Assembly (NCBI GenBank): GCA_963845755.1
Contig: CAWJTV010000042.1
Span: 224,001-288,000 of the forward strand
Length of the DNA stretch: 64,000 nucleotides
Reading direction: 5' to 3'
Origin: an uncultured Planctomycetota bacterium
Lineage (GTDB): Bacteria; Planctomycetota; Planctomycetia; Isosphaerales; Isosphaeraceae
Shown: positions 40,053-49,145 of the stretch, one piece after another
Position numbering within the stretch: the first letter of the stretch is position 1
How the letters are laid out: every line of letters begins with the position of its first letter
The notes under the pieces: model-generated
What the model saw: the letters and a program-made list of their open reading frames with translations, nothing else
Told to the model about the DNA's origin: nothing
The model's database searches: none
Program-made: the position numbers and the translations under genes

Positions 40053-41624
40053 GTGGATACTTCGCCCACCCCGTCCCCCTCTCCGCACGGAGCCCCCGTC
40101 CTGCACGATCGCCTGACCGGCATCGCCAGCACCGGCGAGGCTCGGTTGCAAGGGTTCTCGCCGGTCGAGGAAAACCTGATCACCGTCCTCTTGAAGCGAG
40201 GACTGCTGACCACCGATCAGGTTCGGGCGGCCCAGCTTTATGGCCAGGAGCACAATCGCGACCTGCGTCAGGCGATCCTCGAACTCAATCTCATCTCGCC
40301 GGACCTGCTCAATCAACTGGCGTTCGAACGGTTGAGTACGCTGTCCGGCGACAACGGCCAGCCCGCCCCGACTGCGCCGGTCGCGGCACCCAGCGGCGGG
40401 GCACTCTCGCCCAATCGCACCCAGCACCATCGCGACATCCGCAAGGATCTCCAGGAGAAGGCCGTCACGGCGACCTTGTCGGAGCTGGTCCACGAGATCC
40501 TGGTCCGAGCGTGTGACTGCCAGGCCACCGACATCCATTTCGATCCGCTCGAAAACGGCCTGCGCGTCCGCTATCGGATCGACGGCCAGCTCCAGGATAT
40601 CCTGTTCGTCGAGCCGGCGATGGCCACGCCGGTCATCAGCCGGCTGAAGATCCTCTCGAACCTCAATATCGTCGAGCGCCGGCATGCCCAGGACGGGCGG
40701 ATTACCATCCTCCACCACAATCGCCCGCGCGACCTCCGGCTCGCGACCTTCCCGACGACGTTTGGCGAGAAGATCGTCATCCGGATCCACGAGGTCCTCA
40801 CCGACGTCCAGGGGTTCTCCCACCTGGGGATGAACGCCGAGCAGGCCGCCACGCTCGACCGGCTGATCTCCCAGCCGTATGGGGCGATCCTGGTCGCCGG
40901 ACCCGTCGGGGCCGGGAAGACCTCGTCGCTCTATACCTGCCTCGAGCGGATCAACTCTCCCCTGAAGAACGTCATGACCATCGAGGATCCGATCGAGCAC
41001 CGGATCCCCGGCGTCAATCAGTCGCAGATCACCCCGGGCGAGATGGGGTTCGGCGAAGGACTGCGAGCGATGCTCCGCCAGGACCCCGACATCATCATGA
41101 TCGGGGAGATCCGCGACGACGAGACGGCGCGGATCGGCATCCGTGCCGCCCTGACCGGCGTCCTGGTCTTCAGCACGCTCCACGGCTCGGACGCCCCGGG
41201 GACGATCAGCAATCTCTACAATTTCGGGATCCCCGGCTATCAGCTCTCGAGCAGCCTGCTGGCGATCGTCTCCCAGCGCCTGGTCCGCCGGATCTGCCCC
41301 TACTGCCGCGTGACGTACGCGGCTACCGAGAAAGACGTCATGGCGCTGGAGCTCGACCCGGCCGACTGTTGCGACCTGCGGCTCCACAAGGGCCTGGGCT
41401 GCCCCGCCTGCTTCCAGACCGGTTACCTGGGCCGGACCGGGATCTTCGAGATCATGACCATGGGCGAAGAGCTGCGGGACCTGGTCTTCCAGCAGATCCC
41501 CAGGGATGTCCTCCGTCGTGTCGCCGTTGACCTGGGAATGCGAACCTTGAAGCAGAGCGCGGTCGATAAGATTCTGGAAGGCACGACGACGTTGGAGGAG
41601 GCATACCGCGTCGTCTCATTCTGA
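40053..41624 (+). CDS. GspE/PulE/PilB-family secretion/pilus assembly ATPase
   Basis: GAGGAGG then GTG; ATDIHFDP, RYRIDG.L, QDGR, GPVGAGKTS (Walker A), TIEDPIE, LRQDPDIIMIGEIRD and tetra-Cys CPYC/CPAC. Confidence 0.93.
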   Translation: MDTSPTPSPSPHGAPVLHDRLTGIASTGEARLQGFSPVEENLITVLLKRGLLTTDQVRAAQLYGQEHNRDLRQAILELNLISPDLLNQLAFERLSTLSGDNGQPAPTAPVAAPSGGALSPNRTQHHRDIRKDLQEKAVTATLSELVHEILVRACDCQATDIHFDPLENGLRVRYRIDGQLQDILFVEPAMATPVISRLKILSNLNIVERRHAQDGRITILHHNRPRDLRLATFPTTFGEKIVIRIHEVLTDVQGFSHLGMNAEQAATLDRLISQPYGAILVAGPVGAGKTSSLYTCLERINSPLKNVMTIEDPIEHRIPGVNQSQITPGEMGFGEGLRAMLRQDPDIIMIGEIRDDETARIGIRAALTGVLVFSTLHGSDAPGTISNLYNFGIPGYQLSSSLLAIVSQRLVRRICPYCRVTYAATEKDVMALELDPADCCDLRLHKGLGCPACFQTGYLGRTGIFEIMTMGEELRDLVFQQIPRDVLRRVAVDLGMRTLKQSAVDKILEGTTTLEEAYRVVSF

Positions 41625-41708
41625 GCCATACCGGGATTCCGTCGGCACGGCAGAGTGCGTCGGATATGACGATCAGGACGAGAATGCGAACCGACAAGGA
41701 GGTCGGCC

Positions 41709-42564
41709 ATGCAGGTTAGATGGTTGCGGCAGTGTACGGCGTATCTCCTGGGTGCGGGACTCCTGCTGGCGGTCGCGGACCGGGCCACGGCGTGGGGAGA
41801 CGACTCGGGATTCCTGGGCCGATTATTCCGGCTCGGGGGCAACTCGTCCTCTTCGAACAGTAGCTCGGCGCGGGAGATCGACCGACTCCCCTGCCCTACG
41901 GACCGCCGGCGAGCTACTCGCCGCCCCCGGGCGCGGCGGCCCCCCTGACGACCTTCGGCGGGCTCCCCGAGACCCCTGCGCCTCCTCATCAGCCGCCCCG
42001 GCCCAACGCCTCACCCCCAAGTCACGCGTCAGCTCCGCGGTGACGTCCGCCGATCCCGTCGTGACCCGGCTGGCCCTGGGCCGTTCCAACGACGGCAGCC
42101 AGTTCGCCATGTTCCTCCAGGTCTTCGCCGACGGCACGGTCATCGATTCCGAGGGTGTCCACCATGTCCGATCCGCCGAGCTCAAGCCGATCCTCGAGGC
42201 CGTCCAGTCGGGCGAGCTCTCTCGCATACGGGGACACTGCGGGGCCCCTGCGACGGATTTCATCGAATATGTGCATGTTGTGGTTTATGAACGGCGGTTC
42301 GGTCGCCTGATGGCCAATGCCTTCTCCTACTCGGGCAATCCCCAGGGATGCGACCACGTCGTCCGCCACCTGCACCAGGCACTGGAGAATCTCCAGGCCA
42401 AGTTGAGTCACCATCCGGCCACGCAGCCCGCCGGCGCCGTCCCCAGCTCACCGGGAACCTTGTATAGTCCGCCGACATCCACGCCCGCCGCGGCTTCACC
42501 CGTGCCTGCGGGCGTCCCGTCCGGCCCGGTGATTCCCTTGACCCCGGCCGAGGCGGGCCACTAA
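41709..42564 (+). CDS. Exported hypothetical protein, split by an apparent frameshift near 41870-41990
   Basis: AGGAGG, ATG and a signal peptide in one frame; a globular domain (VTRLALGRSNDG.QF.MFLQVFADGTVID) in ORF 41752-42564. Confidence 0.6.
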
Positions 42565-42618
42565 GCAGCCGGCCGTGGTTTCCCTTGCACCCTTTGGGGT
42601 TCGGAGGCGGTTCCGAGA

Positions 42619-42682
42619 GGCGAGCGGGGGGCGTCAGCCCCTGTCCGATCGACCTGACAGGGGGCTCACGCCCCCTCTCGCC
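42619..42682. repeat. REP-like palindrome, same family as 13360-13474
   Basis: ggcgagcggggggcgtcagcccctgtc / gacagggggctcacgccccctctcgcc. Confidence 0.8.
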
Positions 42683-42885
42683 CTGGACCCAGTGCAGGAT
42701 AACCCTGGCCAGGTGCTTAGCCCCGGCGGTCGGAACCGCGATTCCTCCCTGAATGGCGAACGAACTGGTCTTGCTCCCTCGCTTCCCCTGGATCGAGGGA
42801 GCAAATCCTTAGCTCTTATCCGGTTAGGGAGATTTCCACGGGATTCTCGCCCGACACTCGGCTGGCTGAGCGGGGCAGCGCCGGC

Positions 42886-42905
42886 TAGAATGAAGAATCA
42901 TTATC
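42886..42905 (+). promoter_or_regulatory. Fur-box-like site upstream of the Fur-family gene
   Basis: tagAATGAagaaTCATTatc; the right half AATCATTATC equals the canonical Fur box half, but the central spacing is one base longer. Confidence 0.35.
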
Positions 42906-42943
42906 GATCTGTGAGGCTAACCCGATGCCGGGATAACCGGCAC

Positions 42944-43468
42944 ATGGACTGCACCGAGGACTCCGTCGTGGTGGAAGCCCAGCGCGATCAATTAGTTCCC
43001 CTGACCGTTTCCGGTTCTCCGGTCGAGAAATTCCGCGAGTTCCTGGAGATCCGGGGTGAGAAACTGACCGAGCGGCGGCGAGTCCTAGTTGATCACATCT
43101 TCCACTCCCACAAGCACTTCGATGCCGACGAGCTGGTCCGCGACCTGCATGATGCCGGTCAAACGGTCAGCCGCGCCACCGTGTACCGCACCTTGCGATT
43201 GCTCGTCGAGGCCGGACTGCTCCGCGAGCTTCGGCTGACCAATCGCAGTGCGTTCGAGCACGATTATGGTTATCCTGCTCACGATCACCTGCATTGCACC
43301 ATGTGCAACCGGATCGTCGAGTTCCGCAACGATGAGATCCTGAAACTTCGCGATTCCATCAGCCTGGCTCATGGCTTTCGCCCGACCGGTCATCGCTTCG
43401 TGATTTCTGGGGTATGTCCCGCTTGCAGCCGGTCCCACACACCGCGGCGGCGGCTGGATTTGATCTGA
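42944..43468 (+). CDS. Fur-family transcriptional regulator
   Basis: HFDADEL, VSRATVYRTL.LL...GL and HDHLHCTMC...CPAC; the start may be GTG at 42968 or 42971. Confidence 0.92.
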   Translation: MDCTEDSVVVEAQRDQLVPLTVSGSPVEKFREFLEIRGEKLTERRRVLVDHIFHSHKHFDADELVRDLHDAGQTVSRATVYRTLRLLVEAGLLRELRLTNRSAFEHDYGYPAHDHLHCTMCNRIVEFRNDEILKLRDSISLAHGFRPTGHRFVISGVCPACSRSHTPRRRLDLI

Positions 43469-43612
43469 ATCCGCATGCACCTCGCTCGGTCCGCGGAGAC
43501 AACCTGCTGAGGTTCGAAGAGAACCGATTCGTGTGAGGATCGCTCGATCGGAGGCACTATAAGATCAGCGGGAGCGAGCTCATGCCGTCGCGATCATCCT
43601 GAGTGAGCTACG

Positions 43613-45001
43613 ATGATGGACCCCCATAGGACGCAAGACGCGTGGCGGTCACTGGATGCGCTGTGGACCATTGGTACATTGGGAGCCCTCGACGACGGTC
43701 AGCTCCTGGATTGCTTCCGGGACTGTCGCGATCGCGCCGGCCAGGAGGCATTCCGGATCCTGGTCGAGCGTCACGGTCCGATGATCCTGAGCCTCTGTCA
43801 GCGCCTCATCCGAGACCCGCACGAAGCCGAGGATGCCTTCCAGGCGACCTTCCTGGTACTGGTGCGGAAGGCTGAGTCGATTCGGCGCCGGGATACGATC
43901 GGCCCCTGGCTCTACGGGGTGGCCTGCCGGGTCGCCCGGCGCGCCCGCCTCCGCTCGAACCGGAAGCACCGGCGCGAGGTTCCGGTCGTCGTCGAGATCG
44001 CCGTCGAGGATAAGCCGGATTCGGAACGACCGATCGCGGAGCAAGCGCTCCACGAGGAGATCGCGCGATTGCCGGAGTCGTACCGAGCGCCGATCGTCCT
44101 CTGCGGCCTCCAGGGGTTGAGCTACGACCTGGCGGCACGCCGCCTGGGCGTCAGCGAGCCGACACTTCGCGGCCGGCTCCATCGCGCCCGCAAGCGGCTG
44201 GCCACGCGTCTTCAACGTCGCGGAGTCGGCGCTCCGTTCGTTGCCGGAGCCATCGAATCCCAGTACGTCCCACTCTCTCCCCTGCCCTCGTCTTTGGTCG
44301 AATCCACGATTCAGATCGCTTCGCGGTGGTCGTCGATCAGCGGATTGCTCGTCGGGACGACCGCTGTGCCCGAATCGATCGTCGCCCTGGCACAAGGAGT
44401 CATCCGCACCATGTTCTTCCAAACGCTCAAGTTTACCGGTATCGCCGCGCTCCTGACGGTCGGGGTCGTGGGGACCGTGGTGCTGGCCCAGCAAGGCAAG
44501 AACGAGGCCAGAGCACCGTCGGCCCGGTCGGACGAAGCCGTCGTCGCATCCCCGCAGAACAAACCCGCCGACGCTTCGCGGGTGCGGAACCCTCCCACAG
44601 CCCAGGCGCTCGCGGAGAAGACCCGGCAGATTGAGAAGGCCCTCGACGAGCCGATCACGATGTCCTTCGCCAATGAGACGCCGCTCGATGATGTGCTCAA
44701 GTACATCAAGGCGGCGACGACGACGCCCACGTTCCCGGGCATTCCCATTTACGTCCAGCCCCTCGGCCTGAAGGAGGCCGGGAAGTCGATCAACTCGATC
44801 ATCCAGCTTGACATGGAGGGCGTGCCGCTAAGGGAGACCTTGCGATTGGTCCTCTATCAGGTCGGCCAGGCTTATCTCGTGAAGGATGGATTCTTGATGA
44901 TCGATTCGAGGCTGTCGATCATGGAAAGACGCGTCGAGGACCTCGACCGCAAACTCGACAAGGTCCTGGAGTCGCTGGCACGCCTGGAGCGAGCCAGGTA
45001 G
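43613..45001 (+). CDS. ECF sigma factor with a C-terminal TM helix and extracytoplasmic extension (planctomycete type)
   Basis: D.QLL..F, AF..LV.RHGPM...C, AEDAFQATFLVL.RKA, WLYGVA.R and region 4 LPESYR.PIVLC; TM IAALLTVGVVGTVVLA; secretin-N-like tail. Confidence 0.9.
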   Translation: MMDPHRTQDAWRSLDALWTIGTLGALDDGQLLDCFRDCRDRAGQEAFRILVERHGPMILSLCQRLIRDPHEAEDAFQATFLVLVRKAESIRRRDTIGPWLYGVACRVARRARLRSNRKHRREVPVVVEIAVEDKPDSERPIAEQALHEEIARLPESYRAPIVLCGLQGLSYDLAARRLGVSEPTLRGRLHRARKRLATRLQRRGVGAPFVAGAIESQYVPLSPLPSSLVESTIQIASRWSSISGLLVGTTAVPESIVALAQGVIRTMFFQTLKFTGIAALLTVGVVGTVVLAQQGKNEARAPSARSDEAVVASPQNKPADASRVRNPPTAQALAEKTRQIEKALDEPITMSFANETPLDDVLKYIKAATTTPTFPGIPIYVQPLGLKEAGKSINSIIQLDMEGVPLRETLRLVLYQVGQAYLVKDGFLMIDSRLSIMERRVEDLDRKLDKVLESLARLERAR

Positions 45002-45318
45002 AGGCGTGCAGTCGAGGAAATGACTCGTGGCTCGGGGGCTCGCGCGGGATTTGGCGAGCTCACCTTGCATTCCCCGGAGATCCGGTTAAGATTCTGCGGC
45101 GCGCGATCCCCGCCCAGCGGGTCATGGCCTATCTCAACCGCGGGATTGCGCAAGGTCTCGGCTGGCTCGACGATCACTTCAGCCGGCCGGGACACTCAAG
45201 GGGAGCGTTCTCACAAATCCCCCGGTGGCCGGGAGGGCCGCCGACCGCGATTCACCTCGACGCGGCGCCAGGATCTCGGCGCGGCCGGCCATTTCCAAGG
45301 ATGGAGACGATGGAAAAC

Positions 45319-47769
45319 ATGAAACGACATTTAGTCGCCGGCATGCTCGGGCTCGCCGTGGCCGGGTGTGCCCAGACTCGCTCGCAGTTGCCCAAAGAGG
45401 ACGGGCGGTCGCCCGGTCCAGTCGGGATGACACCGGTCCCCTCGATTCACGAGAGCATTAACCGGGGCACCGGGCCCCCGGGGATGAGCCAGGCCGCACT
45501 CCCCGACCCCGCCGACCCGCGCTGGAGCGGCCGAGCCCCGGTCTCCGTCGCATCAGGCCCGGGGAGCCCGGGCGCGGCCGCAAGCCCGGGGCAAGGTTCG
45601 CCCCAACCTTCGGCGGCTCCGGGCTCGCTGGCCGGTGCGCCAGGAGCAGTCGCCGGCCAGGAATCGCAACTGGCCGGGAGTGCAGCCGGGATACCGGCTC
45701 AGGCCATGACCTCCCAGGCGCCCGCCATGGCCGCGGGAGCGGCCGGCGGTGCCCTCTCTGGCATGCAGGCGCAGCCGGTTGGCCCATCCGCTCCGGGTGA
45801 GTCGTCGATACCAGCATCCCTCGCAGCCGGTGGAGCGACACCCGACGAACGCACGCCCGCGGGAACGACCGGTGCGCCGCCGGCGCTCTCAGTTCCGTCA
45901 ACACTGGCTCGGCCGGGTGGTCCCATGCCCGAGACGATCGCGAATTACGAGGCCACGGCGTCGGCGATGCCGAGCCCTCCTCCGGGCGCCTCGCCCGGTG
46001 CTCAGCCCGTCCCCGACCGGCTTACCGAGCCTGGCGTGACACCGCCCGCGGCCGGAATGCCGGCTCCCGCCGGCATCGGACTCACTCCGCCCGCCGATCC
46101 TCCGCTGCTCGACCCGAGAACCGCTGCGGCTGCGGCCGCGGACACTCCGGGCATCGCACCGGGCAATCCTCAGGGGCGAGCCTTGAACGCGCCGGTTCCC
46201 ACCGCCGTGCCGGCTGATCCGGCAGTCAGCCCCTCGGCGTCTCGGATTCCCGGGCCGTCCGCCTCTGGTGGAAGCGCCGCGGCATCGCAGCGCCGCGGCG
46301 ATCCGCTGCTCGGACCGAATCCCGACCTGATGCCCGAACTGCCACCGCTGCCCCCCGAGCTTCCGACAGCCAGGCCGGCCGCCGCCGCGCCTTCCGGAGG
46401 ATCGACGCCGGCCGCCGCCGCACCAGCGGCAGGACCGGCGGATGCGGCCGGAAGCCCGCCCCCCGATCTGGGGCCGCCCGTCACTGACCCCGGTCCACCC
46501 ACGGGCGACAATCGGCCCGTCGATTCCACCAAGGTCGCCCAGATGCCGATGCCGGAGCTCGCTCCGGCATCGGGCCAGGCTCTCCCGGCCGCCGAGGCCG
46601 GGGAGATGCCCATGCCGGAATTGACCCCGGTGCCGAGCCAGGCCGCCACGACTCTCGCGGCCGGCTCGGCCGCGCCGGCATCGGAAATCCTCCCGGCCAC
46701 GTCGCGGAGCACGGAGGCGCGCCGCGACGTCCGGGTCGTCCGAACGTCCTTGCAGAAACCCGTCTCCGACGAGCCATCGACCCCCGTCAGGCATGTCATG
46801 AGGGAGACTCCTCAGATTGCGGCTCGCGTCGGCGACGACGTGATCACCTGCCACGACCTGCGCTCCGCCATCGTCGAGTTTTGCTCGAGCAAGAAAGTCC
46901 CCTGGGGTAAGTTGCCACCGAACGAGCGAAATGACATCGGCATGCTGGTGCTCAACCACCTGATCGACCGCAGCCTGTTGTCCCAGGAGGCCAAGCACGC
47001 CATCAAGGATCCGAAGCAATACGACAAGTTCATGCAAGTCGCCGACCAGGTGTGGCACGACGAGGAACTCCCGCCGCTGGAATATCAATACGTCGTCAAC
47101 AGCGAACAACTCCTCCGGGATAAGCTCAAGGAGCACGGCCGCTCTCTCGACAACATGCGTCAGACCTTCCGCCAGGAATTCCTCGCGGAGAACTTCGTGC
47201 GCCAGAAGCTCAAGGACCGACTGAAAGTCGAGCTGCCCGATCTCAAGAAGTATTACCACGAGCACGTCGGCGAGCACGAATTCGACCGCCCGGCGCAGAT
47301 CACCTGGCGCGAGCTGGTCGTCGAGGTCGGGAGGTACCCCAGCCGGGAGGACGCCCGTCGAAAGGCGAATGACCTCCATGAGAAGCTGCGACGCGGTGCG
47401 GATTTCGCCCAGCTCGCCCGCACCGAGAGCGATGGCCCGGACAGCTCCCGGAATCAGGGGGGATTGATGCAAACCTCGCCCGGTACTTATGCCGTCCCCG
47501 CCGTGAACGAGGTCCTTCTGTCCCTCCCCACCGGCCGATTCAGCGAGATCCTCGAAGGTGGGAATAGCTTCCACATCGTCCTCGTCGAGAATCGCCGACC
47601 CGCGGGCGCCGCCACGTTTGCGGAAGTCCAGGACAAGATCCGATCGATCCTCACGGAAAAGAGAATCCAAACGGAGCGTAGCGCATTCATCGCCAAGCTG
47701 CGGCAAAAAGCGCTCATCACGACGATACTCGACCAGAACGAGAGCAATCCTAACACCGTTTCCCGATAA
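45319..47769 (+). CDS. Lipoprotein PpiC/SurA-type peptidyl-prolyl isomerase with a long Pro/Ala-rich linker
   Basis: Lipobox LAVAG-C; about 480-aa low-complexity region; AARVGDDVIT and G.DFAQLAR.ES.G.....GG (parvulin) motifs. Confidence 0.85.
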   Translation: MKRHLVAGMLGLAVAGCAQTRSQLPKEDGRSPGPVGMTPVPSIHESINRGTGPPGMSQAALPDPADPRWSGRAPVSVASGPGSPGAAASPGQGSPQPSAAPGSLAGAPGAVAGQESQLAGSAAGIPAQAMTSQAPAMAAGAAGGALSGMQAQPVGPSAPGESSIPASLAAGGATPDERTPAGTTGAPPALSVPSTLARPGGPMPETIANYEATASAMPSPPPGASPGAQPVPDRLTEPGVTPPAAGMPAPAGIGLTPPADPPLLDPRTAAAAAADTPGIAPGNPQGRALNAPVPTAVPADPAVSPSASRIPGPSASGGSAAASQRRGDPLLGPNPDLMPELPPLPPELPTARPAAAAPSGGSTPAAAAPAAGPADAAGSPPPDLGPPVTDPGPPTGDNRPVDSTKVAQMPMPELAPASGQALPAAEAGEMPMPELTPVPSQAATTLAAGSAAPASEILPATSRSTEARRDVRVVRTSLQKPVSDEPSTPVRHVMRETPQIAARVGDDVITCHDLRSAIVEFCSSKKVPWGKLPPNERNDIGMLVLNHLIDRSLLSQEAKHAIKDPKQYDKFMQVADQVWHDEELPPLEYQYVVNSEQLLRDKLKEHGRSLDNMRQTFRQEFLAENFVRQKLKDRLKVELPDLKKYYHEHVGEHEFDRPAQITWRELVVEVGRYPSREDARRKANDLHEKLRRGADFAQLARTESDGPDSSRNQGGLMQTSPGTYAVPAVNEVLLSLPTGRFSEILEGGNSFHIVLVENRRPAGAATFAEVQDKIRSILTEKRIQTERSAFIAKLRQKALITTILDQNESNPNTVSR

Positions 47770-48135
47770 AGTGCACACTCCCGTCCGAAATCACCGTATT
47801 ATGCATAAAGTCCCTCTGATCCAACGCTAAAGAATCCTTTCTGTTCTCCAAGGTTTGTTGTTACTAAGTCTTGTGACATAATCACAACCCCTCCTCTGCC
47901 GCCGACACGACCTGCCGGATCGCCCGATCGAGCCCTGTCGATCGGAGATCCATCGCAACCCGCGCCGATCCTTATGGGAAGGGGATGTGTCCCTTTTTTG
48001 GGGATGGAAGCCGTTCCGAGCAGGGTAGAGAACGGAAAGCCTGACCTGGCAATGGGCAAGGATGACCGGTTCGGGAATTGCGGGCCGGCTGGGTCCGGGC
48101 ACGTTCAAAAATGGGGAAAAAATAGCTCCCGACTC

Positions 48136-48163
48136 TTGACAATCGCCAGACAGCGAGTAGTCT
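48136..48163 (+). promoter_or_regulatory. sigma70-type promoter
   Basis: TTGACA-N16-TAGTCT. Confidence 0.55.
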
Positions 48164-48169
48164 ATGCGA

Positions 48170-48293
48170 TGTCGGTTGAGAAGCTTTCGTGTGAAGCACC
48201 ACCCTCCGACCGAGGTGTCTGCCTCGTTTATCCATGGCCTCTTCTCTGTTCCGGCCCCGTCGATCCGTAGCAATACGGGTCGGCGGGGTTTTT
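48170..48293 (+). ncRNA. Candidate structured sRNA or attenuator leader
   Basis: Lies between the promoter and a strong terminator; helices gtcgg/ccgac, gctt(t)c/gaagc and cgaggt/gcctcg; no plausible peptide ORF. Confidence 0.45.
48255..48293 (+). terminator. Intrinsic terminator
   Basis: 15-bp stem ccccgtcgatccgta / tacgggtcggcgggg (2 G-U pairs), GCAA tetraloop, T5. Confidence 0.8.
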
Positions 48294-48303
48294 GAGTTCT
48301 GCT

Positions 48304-49122
48304 GTGTCGGATTTCTCCTGGGACGGCACGGGTCCGGAATACTCCCTGCGCGGGGGAAGCCGGCATTGGATGCTCAACCTCGATGAGACCCATCCCGGTC
48401 TGTCCTGGCCGGAGGGCGGGGCTCGCGGCAAGCTCCTGGCTTTACAGTCGGTTGCAACCGTCGGCCGCTGCGACGAGGCGGCCTTTGGCGGAGCAGGTCT
48501 CATCGGAGTCGCGCTGCATCGGAGTCGCCTCGAGGCGACGTTCGCCCCTCCCGACTGGGGTGGTCTGAGGATTCGCGCAGCCTGGGCTCCTTCGCCGGTT
48601 GGAGAGGGTCTCGACCTGGAAGTTCAGATCCAGGCGGCGACGGCGGAGGTGGTGGAACAGGTTGAAGTGGGGATCCTGAGTGAGTGGGGCGACTGGGTTA
48701 CCGAACCGCGCGCGAGCCGGGTCGAGCCGCGGGATGCCCGTTCGGCGGCCCTGACCTACGACGGACGGGAATCGGCCCGCACCCTCCAGGACCTGACGAC
48801 ACTTCCGGTCCCGCCGTCGGCTCCGCACGCCCTGCCGCCGAGAGTCTTCACACATCCCACCTTCGGTCACGACTCCTGGTATGCCGAGATGGTCCAGCCC
48901 AACGATTGCGCGCGGCGGATCAGTCGCGGACCGGCCGAGCAGCCAGCCGTCCCGCCGGCCTTCATCTCGACCCGCTATGCCCTCTTCGGCCATGACCTGG
49001 AGAAAGGCGTTGTCCTCCGGGCTCGACTGAGGGGACTCTGGATCCGGTCCCAACCACCGGATCGCGATGTGCGAACCTGCCATGACGCGTTCTTGCGCGA
49101 GCCTCCGGCCCTGGGACCCTGA
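48304..49122 (+). CDS. Hypothetical protein (start uncertain: 48292, 48304 or 48370)
   Basis: Long ORF with globular composition, ending FGHDLEKGVVLRARLRG; converges on the GH15 gene. Confidence 0.65.
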   Translation: MSDFSWDGTGPEYSLRGGSRHWMLNLDETHPGLSWPEGGARGKLLALQSVATVGRCDEAAFGGAGLIGVALHRSRLEATFAPPDWGGLRIRAAWAPSPVGEGLDLEVQIQAATAEVVEQVEVGILSEWGDWVTEPRASRVEPRDARSAALTYDGRESARTLQDLTTLPVPPSAPHALPPRVFTHPTFGHDSWYAEMVQPNDCARRISRGPAEQPAVPPAFISTRYALFGHDLEKGVVLRARLRGLWIRSQPPDRDVRTCHDAFLREPPALGP

Positions 49123-49145
49123 CGCCCAGCTCGGGCTCGCCGCGC

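Noticed and set aside
910..47778. Many long overlapping ORFs in the six-frame track (e.g. 910-1986, 19618-21003, 37762-39159, 39936-41387, 45898-47778)
   Set aside because: Antisense or off-frame shadows of real genes, as expected in high-GC DNA; no motifs.
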